The notes under the pieces were generated by a model. It was not told the DNA's origin. It did no database searches and saw only the letters and a list, made by a program, of their open reading frames with translations. A DNA stretch of 64,000 bases. Source: a virus. Taxonomy: Duplodnaviria; Caudoviricetes. The position numbers were made by a program, and so were the translations under genes. Below are positions 19,448 through 27,889 of this stretch, in pieces; position 1 is the first letter of the stretch; every line of letters starts with the position of its first letter. The DNA is taken from the IMG/VR virus record IMGVR_UViG_3300023175_000012, positions 1 to 64,000 of that record. One strand, 5' to 3'.

Positions 19448-19672
19448 TTAGTATATGACTCGCTTGTAATGCTTCCAAGTATCTAAAAAGTAATTGAATG
19501 CTTCTTCGTCATTCATTGTAACAAACTGTTTACAATGGCTTATTTTTATTCTAAAGCCGGCCATACGTCTATGTTGCACAGAGTAATTTAACCAATGTGC
19601 ATGCGCATCATTCATAAATTTAGTGTCTTTGTTTGCGTACAAACTTATTTCAACCTTGTGAAAACTACTCAT
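19448..19672 (-). CDS. Hypothetical protein (74 aa)
   Basis: Overlaps the upstream gene end (translational coupling); last gene of the enzyme cassette. Confidence 0.6.
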   Translation of the reverse strand: MSSFHKVEISLYANKDTKFMNDAHAHWLNYSVQHRRMAGFRIKISHCKQFVTMNDEEAFNYFLDTWKHYKRVIY

Positions 19673-20429
19673 GCCATTTTACTTCCTTTAATGGTTTGTA
19701 GTCTACAATAAATCTATTATCTAATATAGTAGATCGTAGCCTTAAGTTTTTAATATCTTTATCAGTTACATCTCTTATTTCTGCATCAATCTTGTCTTTC
19801 TTTACAAGCATATATTGAGCAAGAGGAGTACCCGCAGGTATCTTAGTAACATTATTTAGTTCGTGCCAGTATAGCTGAACATTTAAAAAGTTTGGTCCTT
19901 CGTCCCCGTCGATCAGTCCAGTAGCAGCTGTAAAACTATGATTATCTGGATAGGGAATAGGCATACTCATTAAATAATAACCTTTAGGAATATAAACTAT
20001 CCAAGGTGATTGTACCTTAATAACAGTATCTAGTGTATTTCTTTTATCTACTTGTCCAAATATTGACTCTGCATGATGTGACAAATAATCCCATTTCCAA
20101 ATATGATCTGCATCTACAGTTTGCTGAGATACTGGTGTTGCCCATTGAAAAGATTTACCATCACCATCTGTTTTTATTGTAAAGTCACACCAGCTGCGTA
20201 AAATCCAACCTTCACGCATAATTTTGTGTATGCCAGGGCACCTAGCAATGTGTGTTAGTTTTGTAGGTAGTTGTTCATGTTTTTCTTTAAGTTTTTTCCA
20301 ATCTTCCATAGCAGGCTTGATCCAATCAAACTTCATTTTACTAGCAGGAATAATAGGCATAATTTGATTTACTTCTGGTAATAGAGCAACAAATTCTACT
20401 TTTGGTTTTTTCTTAAAAAAACTAAACAC
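19665..20429 (-). CDS. Conserved hypothetical protein, paralogue of 20838-21581
   Basis: Shared motifs PIIPA, CPGI...G.IL..W.D, K..SPW, G..D, AGTPLA. Confidence 0.75.
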   Translation of the reverse strand: MFSFFKKKPKVEFVALLPEVNQIMPIIPASKMKFDWIKPAMEDWKKLKEKHEQLPTKLTHIARCPGIHKIMREGWILRSWCDFTIKTDGDGKSFQWATPVSQQTVDADHIWKWDYLSHHAESIFGQVDKRNTLDTVIKVQSPWIVYIPKGYYLMSMPIPYPDNHSFTAATGLIDGDEGPNFLNVQLYWHELNNVTKIPAGTPLAQYMLVKKDKIDAEIRDVTDKDIKNLRLRSTILDNRFIVDYKPLKEVKWHE

Positions 20430-20838
20430 GAATGTTCTCCTTATACTTCTTATCTAATTGATTAAGTAGTGAATTTGTAACAGTCCAAGAGACAATATCA
20501 TCAACATGAATTAATTTAATATTACCATCTGGTTTGGTATAAAAAGTAACGTGATGAATTTCTTCAACATCTTCTCCTAAAACGTTTTCAACGGTAGTAG
20601 GCACTTCTGGTAACGGTTCGGCGCCAGCACAATTTTTAGATGCTATAACTTGCTGAATACCGTTAGCACCATCTTTATATAATAACACCATATCTTTTGC
20701 AGATAGAACTATGTTAAACCATCCTACATGCTTTATTCTATCTTTTTGAACTTTGCGAGCTGTATATTGATCTTTAGCAACTCTTAGTGTTTGAGTATAT
20801 GTTACAAATTCTTCTGTATTTGATTCTTGCAACGGCAT
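20422..20838 (-). CDS. Hypothetical protein (138 aa)
   Basis: Coupled ORF with AGGAG RBS inside the cassette. Confidence 0.7.
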   Translation of the reverse strand: MPLQESNTEEFVTYTQTLRVAKDQYTARKVQKDRIKHVGWFNIVLSAKDMVLLYKDGANGIQQVIASKNCAGAEPLPEVPTTVENVLGEDVEEIHHVTFYTKPDGNIKLIHVDDIVSWTVTNSLLNQLDKKYKENIRV

Positions 20839-21581
20839 TATTTTTCTCCTTGAAAATGCTTTCTATACATTTCTTTAATTAATGATTTATTATGTTTAAA
20901 AGAATGTGTTCCCCAGAATAGTCTTTTTCTAAAAAATCTAAAATCATTCTCATTCATTTCTCTAATTATATAGTCATATCTTTTTTCAGTTAATGGAATA
21001 ATATGAGCAATAGGAGTACCTGCTGTTAATTTGCGTTCTCCGTTTGGTATATTCCAGTAACCTTGTATATTTAATTCTGTGTTTATAGCAGGATCTAACA
21101 CACCTATACTAGATTCAAACTCATAACTATCACTATATGCAATAGGTGTTATTAAAAATTTTACACCCTTAGGTGCAATAACATTCCAAGGCGTATTAAA
21201 TTTTACAATAGCTTCAATACTATGAGGGCGTTTTGGCAACCATTTAGATATTTCAGGTGGTTGACTTGTTACAGGGTCGCCTTCTAGTAGTTTACTAAGT
21301 GTTTGACTAGGATTTACATATTGAAATCCTTGTTGTCCTGCTTGTGTCTTAATTATAACATCGTGCCATAAAGGCAAAATAAATCCATAATTGTAAAGAT
21401 CAAAAATTCCAGGGCATTGATATAGATGGCTAGGCAAGTTTCTATCCTTGTTGTCAATGTAATTTTGTTTACACCGTGACATCCACTTAGGACGAAAATC
21501 TTTAGCAGGTATAATAGGATATGCTTCAGCAACTCCGTCTATTTTACTAAAAAATTCTATCTTATCTTTCTTCTTAAACAT
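20838..21581 (-). CDS. Conserved hypothetical protein, paralogue of 19665-20429
   Basis: QCPGIFDLYNYGFILPLWHD, KFNTPW, GVLD, AGTPIA. Confidence 0.75.
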   Translation of the reverse strand: MFKKKDKIEFFSKIDGVAEAYPIIPAKDFRPKWMSRCKQNYIDNKDRNLPSHLYQCPGIFDLYNYGFILPLWHDVIIKTQAGQQGFQYVNPSQTLSKLLEGDPVTSQPPEISKWLPKRPHSIEAIVKFNTPWNVIAPKGVKFLITPIAYSDSYEFESSIGVLDPAINTELNIQGYWNIPNGERKLTAGTPIAHIIPLTEKRYDYIIREMNENDFRFFRKRLFWGTHSFKHNKSLIKEMYRKHFQGEK

Positions 21582-22156
21582 TATCTAACCTGTATTGTAA
21601 ATGCAATATTCATTCTCTGCCTATTACTAGTATTAGTTTCAACTTCGTGTGGCACCCAAGCAGGCCATAGTATTAGTTCTCCATCTGTAGGATAAACTAA
21701 AACTTCTCTTGTATAAGGAGAAATTGGATTACAATCGTTTAAAACATTTCCTGGATTTATAAACTTTAATGCTCCTGTATCTTTTCCTTGTACATAGTAC
21801 ACAGCCGCAAAACTATCAGCAACATGATTATGCAATACATTTCTACTACCAGGTTCATTTATATTAGACCAGTAATCTAAACTAATATGTTTTTCCTTGA
21901 TATGTTTTTTAAATGTACTATCAAATCCTGTATAATAATTAATTGCTTGTTCAGTTGCGGTTTTTACGCCGTCTAATAGCCAGTTAATATTTGAATATTG
22001 TACGGTACTTCTCCAGCAACCTGCATTACTCATGTTAATAGATTCAACATCATCAACATGTGCTTGATGCATCTGCTCTTTTAAGTCTATTAGTTCAGAT
22101 TCATTGCCTATTTTAGTTACAAAAAAATCTGATTTAAATAAACCTACTCTTTCCAT
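21581..22156 (-). CDS. 2OG-Fe(II) oxygenase (TIGR02466-like)
   Basis: W.NIN.PG..N..HNH, AVYYV, G.LILWPAWVPHEV..N.S...R..IAF. Confidence 0.88.
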   Translation of the reverse strand: MERVGLFKSDFFVTKIGNESELIDLKEQMHQAHVDDVESINMSNAGCWRSTVQYSNINWLLDGVKTATEQAINYYTGFDSTFKKHIKEKHISLDYWSNINEPGSRNVLHNHVADSFAAVYYVQGKDTGALKFINPGNVLNDCNPISPYTREVLVYPTDGELILWPAWVPHEVETNTSNRQRMNIAFTIQVR

Positions 22157-23652
22157 TCACTATACCACTTATCTAAAAATTTGTAATGATTACCAAATAA
22201 TTCTTTAGCACTTTCTACTCTTACATCTTGTACTTTCATAAAATGTTCTATATACTGTTTTTGTTTATCTGTAAGATCAGATTTTGCATTAGGGTATGCT
22301 CCGCCAGCATGTAGCATACTCCACCATTGTATACTACTAAACATACTTCCGGGTGTAAAGAATATAAAATCACCTAAATTAGGATAGTATTGACTCATCA
22401 TCATTCTGCCATCTGCTGGTAATTCGTCTAGTGTTTTTGATCTAATTTCCTGCCAGTAAGGAGTATCATTCCTACTACTAAAATAATAGTGTGCATAAAT
22501 GAATGTGAGTATTTCTATACTCATTTCATAAAAACCTCTATTAATCATTGCCATAGGTTGTTCGTCCCAAACATTACCTGTACGATTTAACAAATCAGCA
22601 AGTGATGTTACTAATGCTGTAGTAAATGTAATACCTGTTGCTTCTAAAGGTTCAACAAATCCTGCACTTAGTCCTACACCTAAAACATTTTTAACAGCAA
22701 TGTTTTCATGAGAGCCGATACGCATTTTTAAATGGTTTGCTGGCGCTTCGTATTCGCCTATTGCTTCTCTAAGTTCTGCTTCTGCTTCTTCTGGTGTTAT
22801 ATGTTTTGAACTATATACATATCCGTTACCTATTCTATGGTAAGTTGGAATTGTCCAACGCCAGCCTGCTTTCATTGTTGTTGCTTTTGTATAAGGAAAA
22901 CATTCTTCTTCTGGATTAGTATATTGCGTTGGCATTGCAACAGCACTATCATTTATTAACCAATCGTTATAACTTATAAATGGTTCTTTTAGTGTTTTAC
23001 CAAGTAGGATAGATTGAAATCCTGTGCAATCTATATATAGATCTGCTTTATAATTTACACCTTTGTCGTCAATTAATTTTGTAATACCAGTTACATCGCT
23101 ACCTACTTGTGTTATTTTAGTATCTACATAATCTATTCTATCTAAAATTAATTTTTTAATTGTATCAATTATATCAAATGCACTAAAATGCACAGCACCG
23201 TAACTGTCTAATCCTACATTAAAATTAATATCAGTTGCATCATCTATTTTTGTTGCTGTATTGTTTTTTGCTAACCTGTATGCAGGATGCCACTTTTTAA
23301 ATTCGCTATAGGGCTTGTCTATAAAATATTTGCTGACTGGCAAATGAGGTGCCGGAAGTACATTGTCAACTACATCATTATCTACAAAATATGGCTCGTC
23401 ATTCCAGCCAGTAAGTTCTACGCCATACTTAAATGCCGCATTACTTGGCTTCATCCAATCTTTAGCATCTATACCACACTTATATAAGAATGATGCTGTT
23501 AATGGCTGAGTGCCTTCTCCTACACCAATTGGACCTTTAGATGCATCTTCAATTAATTGTATTTCTACAGGTTGAATTAAATTATTAGTAAGATATGCAG
23601 CTGTTAACCAACCACTAGTGCCGCCACCAAAAATTATTATTTTTTTTAACAT
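22144..23652 (-). CDS. Flavin-dependent halogenase (tryptophan halogenase PrnA/RebH family)
   Basis: FAD motif GGGTSGW, IGVGEGT, catalytic-Lys region AAFKYGV, WRWTIP (WxWxIP), GFVEPLEATGI. Confidence 0.9.
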   Translation of the reverse strand: MLKKIIIFGGGTSGWLTAAYLTNNLIQPVEIQLIEDASKGPIGVGEGTQPLTASFLYKCGIDAKDWMKPSNAAFKYGVELTGWNDEPYFVDNDVVDNVLPAPHLPVSKYFIDKPYSEFKKWHPAYRLAKNNTATKIDDATDINFNVGLDSYGAVHFSAFDIIDTIKKLILDRIDYVDTKITQVGSDVTGITKLIDDKGVNYKADLYIDCTGFQSILLGKTLKEPFISYNDWLINDSAVAMPTQYTNPEEECFPYTKATTMKAGWRWTIPTYHRIGNGYVYSSKHITPEEAEAELREAIGEYEAPANHLKMRIGSHENIAVKNVLGVGLSAGFVEPLEATGITFTTALVTSLADLLNRTGNVWDEQPMAMINRGFYEMSIEILTFIYAHYYFSSRNDTPYWQEIRSKTLDELPADGRMMMSQYYPNLGDFIFFTPGSMFSSIQWWSMLHAGGAYPNAKSDLTDKQKQYIEHFMKVQDVRVESAKELFGNHYKFLDKWYSEWKE

Positions 23653-25361
23653 TAAATTTCCTCTATCGAAATTATATTTTCTTCTGGCTTAGATATTACA
23701 AGTATGTATAATCCGTTCCACCAACTTTCTAAATCTTCTACATCACATAACAGCATTTTTTCATATGCAACTTCAAACCCTGTTTTATTAATTCCGTTTC
23801 TTGCGCCTTCAACAACTCCTTGCCAATTAGCATCATCAAATATTAAAACAGCTTCGTCTGCAAATGTATCTTTATAATGTATAACAGCTTGTTCTGTACT
23901 TGTTGCATCATGAGGTCCGTCATAAAACCACATGTCTATTTTACCATTATATTTTGATACATCTGCTTCAAATAAATCTTTATCAATTACATCTACGTTG
24001 TTTTCTTGTTTATACTTGTCTAGATTCTTTAAAAAGTTTTCTTTTTCGTTATGTGGTAATCTTGGTGCATTTGGATCAGCAGGCTGTATATCACTTTGCC
24101 AGTCGTCAATTGCTACAGCATCTAACTTATTGTCTTTGATTGCACCACAGAATGTTGCACCTTGTGCTACACCTACTTCCATATAGTGTGTACTACCACT
24201 TGCAATATGATTAAGAACTGTTTGTACTCTACTACTAGTTAATCCTGGTATTTGTGTATTAACTGTTGGAACACCGCTTATAAGAATACTTTCAGCAACA
24301 TGCTTTACTTTATTTGTATGTTCAATTTTTGATTTAACTTTGTAAATATCATCACAAAAATGACATTCCCAACAATCAAATTTACAATTTTTAATTTTTT
24401 TACGCCAAGCATCAATTGGACGATCTTTTAAATTTGTACTACTTAGATAATTTTCAAAGTTATCAAAAAGTATTTTTTCATTATTTGCCCATCTTTTTAC
24501 AATATCCATTGTTTCGTAAAGTCTGCTAACAGCTTCTCTACCATGCATTTTAAAAACGTCAATGCCAAAATCATTTAAAAATTCGTCCCAATCTTCTCTC
24601 CAAGGAGGAATGTTTGCTGTTTTTAAATGAATACTAGGATCATCTACGTCCCACTTTGGACAACTAACTCTACTAATAGCATTGTTAAAATATTGTGGCT
24701 CATTTCCTGCTCTAGTATTATTGTATTCAAAATGTTCAACCATCATAGGACAGTTACCTTTACATCCTTCATTTGCTAGTAAACTATAATGTATTTCTTT
24801 TCCGTAATTCTCTTTAATCCAATCTTTAGCTTCTTTAAGACGTTGTAAAGTATCTCGATCTCTCATTAAGTCTCTGTCAAGATTAATATAGTCAAATCCA
24901 TATTTTGCTAGATGAACTATTTCTGCCGCAACTCTTACATCTCTTAATATAGTATTTTTTACATAAAGTTCCGGAAATGCTCGTTTAATTTGTCCTGTTG
25001 CCATCCAATGTGTATGCGGAATAGTAGCAATACGTATACCTTTGTCATATAAAGGTTTAAAATGCTTTATAAAAGTATCAAGATTTTTTTGACTTGGTGG
25101 AATTTGTATATTATTAAATGTAGCACTAATAGGAACTCCTGTTCTTTCTTGTACAAACAGTGCTTGATCTATTGCTAAGTTATAATCTTCGTCTAATACA
25201 AATATATCTCCCATTGCATCTTGTGTAAAGGGTGGGATTCTACATGTAAAATATATGTCTTTAATATAGTCTTTATATTGTTCGACAAAATTTATAAACT
25301 CTATATATTGCTCGTTAGAGAGTTTTGGGTTAAGAGGTATACTAAAAACTTTTTGATTCAT
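23652..25361 (-). CDS. Fusion of a peptidase-U32-like (Fe-S hydroxylase family) domain and a class I SAM-dependent methyltransferase
   Basis: N-terminal domain: INLDRDLMRD, LLANEGCKGNCP, FKMHGRE, CKFDCWECHFC. C-terminal domain: YMEVGVAQGATF, WFYDGPHD, LIFDDANW. Confidence 0.75.
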   Translation of the reverse strand: MNQKVFSIPLNPKLSNEQYIEFINFVEQYKDYIKDIYFTCRIPPFTQDAMGDIFVLDEDYNLAIDQALFVQERTGVPISATFNNIQIPPSQKNLDTFIKHFKPLYDKGIRIATIPHTHWMATGQIKRAFPELYVKNTILRDVRVAAEIVHLAKYGFDYINLDRDLMRDRDTLQRLKEAKDWIKENYGKEIHYSLLANEGCKGNCPMMVEHFEYNNTRAGNEPQYFNNAISRVSCPKWDVDDPSIHLKTANIPPWREDWDEFLNDFGIDVFKMHGREAVSRLYETMDIVKRWANNEKILFDNFENYLSSTNLKDRPIDAWRKKIKNCKFDCWECHFCDDIYKVKSKIEHTNKVKHVAESILISGVPTVNTQIPGLTSSRVQTVLNHIASGSTHYMEVGVAQGATFCGAIKDNKLDAVAIDDWQSDIQPADPNAPRLPHNEKENFLKNLDKYKQENNVDVIDKDLFEADVSKYNGKIDMWFYDGPHDATSTEQAVIHYKDTFADEAVLIFDDANWQGVVEGARNGINKTGFEVAYEKMLLCDVEDLESWWNGLYILVISKPEENIISIEEI

Positions 25362-25367
25362 TAAGAT

Positions 25368-25432
25368 TTGTCTTCCATAAAAAAAGGTGCTATACTTTTA
25401 CTTATTATAGCACCTTTTTAACAAAAAGTAAA
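25368..25432. promoter_or_regulatory. Interdigitated divergent sigma70-type promoters within a 14-bp inverted repeat (also terminator-like)
   Basis: Minus: TTTACT (25432-27), 17 bp, TATAAT (25409-04) with extended TG. Plus: TTGTCT (25368-73), 17 bp, TATACT (25391-96) with extended TG. Inverted repeat AAAAAGGTGCTATA/TATAGCACCTTTTT. Confidence 0.6.
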
Positions 25433-25437
25433 GTGAA

Positions 25438-25971
25438 TTAATCGTATAATTGTTGACTAAATTTTGTTGTTGTAAACTGTGGGGTTTTCTCTTGATTTGC
25501 TGTATAAGCACACTCCCATTCAAAATAGGTAGCCATATACATTTGTGTTTCTTCTAATGTTCTTAAACCAGGTACTTGAGCTCTAATCTGTATTAAGCCT
25601 GTTTCGTCTGTAAAATGATTTTCTGCCCAATTTAACATCTGTGCCTTTAAAAGTGCTACAGCATTTGACTCATCAATAGAATTTAGTCTGTAAGCAACTT
25701 TCTCGTAGTCATTGTCGCCTTCACTTGTTGGTTGGATGATATCTGAAGGATTATCTACTTTTCGCATAATACCAACTTCGCCGTTTAATGCATTAGTAAA
25801 ATGTCTTGCATGAAACATTGCTTCTGTGATCGTAGTAGGTTTTAACCATTCAATAATAGGAGTGCCAGTTATTCTAGCAAAACTAAAATGCCAGTCACTA
25901 CCTATAATTTCAATTTCTGGTACTAGCCTAGGGTCGTTACCAGGCACTGTTTCAAACATTATATATGTCAT
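25438..25971 (-). CDS. Hypothetical protein (177 aa)
   Basis: GAGGAG RBS; overlaps the upstream gene end. Confidence 0.7.
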   Translation of the reverse strand: MTYIMFETVPGNDPRLVPEIEIIGSDWHFSFARITGTPIIEWLKPTTITEAMFHARHFTNALNGEVGIMRKVDNPSDIIQPTSEGDNDYEKVAYRLNSIDESNAVALLKAQMLNWAENHFTDETGLIQIRAQVPGLRTLEETQMYMATYFEWECAYTANQEKTPQFTTTKFSQQLYD

Positions 25972-26821
25972 TTATTGTCTCCTCAGAGCCTCCATTAGTT
26001 TGTGGTTTTGGATTTTCTATTACATCGTATTTATCTTGCGGGGCAAGTAGTTCTTTATTATCAAACTTTGATTGTAATTTAAGATTTTCTTCTGCTTTTT
26101 GTTGTAGTTGAAGATTGTAATTTTGTAATTGTGTACTATAATTCATTGTTAGTGCTAGTATGTCTGCTTGTTGTTCAGGTCCAACACTAAGGATAGCATC
26201 CATGTTACCTGTACCAATGCGTCCATAGAATATCATATCTGTAGCTGCTTGTTTAGCTAGTCTATTAGTCCAATACTCTGCTTCGTAAATATCTTCTTCG
26301 TCTGTATTTAAAACATCCATATAAGTACGACCACTACCATCTGGTAGTTGTGCTTCGTCACTATCTAAAAACTCTTGTAAAAGATCTAGTAAGTGTTGTC
26401 TTTCTAAATACCAATCTTGCAATCTACGCTTCGACATAATATGATTACGTTCTGCATTCCACGCTTCAACACTGGCTAATTCTCTATCTAGTTCATCATG
26501 AGCTTCTTCAGCCATACGTTTAAAACGTCTAACTTCTACATCATACTTTGCAATTTCGTATTCGATGTTTTCAATTGATTCTTCCTTAGATTTAATTTCT
26601 AATAGATATTGTCTTAATTTACTGTATGGTGTAATTTGAGCTTGACCTACAAACCATCTTAATTTGTACTTAGGGTTAGTCCATTCTTTGTTAATTGCAT
26701 AACTAATTGCACCCTTTTCGCGTTCGTTAAGCATTGAAACATCTGTATTAACAGTGCTCTCATATCTATGATCAGACATATATTGCTTGCGACGATCGAC
26801 ATTTTGTACATCATTTGTCAT
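25952..26821 (-). CDS. Coiled-coil protein, possible fibre assembly chaperone
   Basis: Helical, charged 289-aa ORF directly after the receptor-binding genes; own GTAAATA promoter (26850-26856) and AAGGAG RBS. Confidence 0.6.
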   Translation of the reverse strand: MTNDVQNVDRRKQYMSDHRYESTVNTDVSMLNEREKGAISYAINKEWTNPKYKLRWFVGQAQITPYSKLRQYLLEIKSKEESIENIEYEIAKYDVEVRRFKRMAEEAHDELDRELASVEAWNAERNHIMSKRRLQDWYLERQHLLDLLQEFLDSDEAQLPDGSGRTYMDVLNTDEEDIYEAEYWTNRLAKQAATDMIFYGRIGTGNMDAILSVGPEQQADILALTMNYSTQLQNYNLQLQQKAEENLKLQSKFDNKELLAPQDKYDVIENPKPQTNGGSEETINDIYNV

Positions 26822-26860
26822 ATTAAACTCCTTGATAATAATATATGAATATTTACCAAG

Positions 26861-27889
26861 TTAATCCCTCCAAGACATCGTTGCTGAACTTTGTCCATTA
26901 ACTCCTTTAGCATTAAGGCTTGCTCCGCCTGTAATACTTTGTCTAGTAGTGTATGTAAATTTAGCACTACTTACAACGTGTGAACCTTGATACCAGCCAA
27001 TAGCATAGCCCCAATCTTGTCCAACAACCATGTTTTCTTCACCACCGTAATAACCTTTTGTTCCAATAACGTCCTGTGTAGTATCGCTATAAAAGTTTGT
27101 TTCTCTCCAGTTTGAACTTGGATTACCTTCACGTCCAGCAACCATATTAGCATGCTTAAACATAAGAGCATGCTGGTGTTTGTCACCTTGTGGTGATGTA
27201 GCACTACGTCCGTATGGTGTTTCTGTTGCCCATTTAAAGCCTTGGTTATTAGTACACCAAATACCGTAATTTTCGTGTTGAATCCCCCAAATACCGCCTG
27301 ATGTATTTGAGTTTCCATATTGTGAGCCAAGGGTTTGAGTAATCATGTTAAAACGTCTAATTTGACTACTACCACCGCCTGTAATCCATGCTGTTGTTAA
27401 ACCTTGCTGTATAATACCAATGTTATTAGCACTCCATGTATGAGTTCTAGTGTAGCCGCTTGTAATATTGTTTTCTGTTCTATGATTGTAGCAAGTAATA
27501 CCGTTACTTGCTGCACAGTGAGCATTAGCTGCTCCTCCTACAGTCCAACACAAGTCACTGTTGTGCATGCTGTCTTTGTAGTTGTGTCCTCTTTCTTGTT
27601 TACCTGCTAAGTCAACAGTTGTATCTGTAGCAAATGTGACTCTGTTAGTTTCGTCCCATACCACACTACTAGCATACCCGCCATGAACATATCCTGTAGT
27701 AATAATTTGTCTTGTTAGGAAAGGAATAGCCATGTTAGTCCACTGGCCTCCATCTTTATCATGAAAAACTTCTATCCTACCAAAGTTACCGTTATACCTA
27801 ATATCACCCGATTCATGAACTCCATCGCCTGCACCAGGTAATGTTAAGTGACCAGTATCACTAATTGTAGTGTTTTTTAAATTAGCCAT
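26861..27889 (-). CDS. Putative receptor-binding protein (adaptor plus beta-propeller-like head)
   Basis: N-terminal MANLKNTTISDTGHLTLP adaptor; C-terminal domain paralogous to that of 27889-29847. Confidence 0.65.
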   Translation of the reverse strand: MANLKNTTISDTGHLTLPGAGDGVHESGDIRYNGNFGRIEVFHDKDGGQWTNMAIPFLTRQIITTGYVHGGYASSVVWDETNRVTFATDTTVDLAGKQERGHNYKDSMHNSDLCWTVGGAANAHCAASNGITCYNHRTENNITSGYTRTHTWSANNIGIIQQGLTTAWITGGGSSQIRRFNMITQTLGSQYGNSNTSGGIWGIQHENYGIWCTNNQGFKWATETPYGRSATSPQGDKHQHALMFKHANMVAGREGNPSSNWRETNFYSDTTQDVIGTKGYYGGEENMVVGQDWGYAIGWYQGSHVVSSAKFTYTTRQSITGGASLNAKGVNGQSSATMSWRD

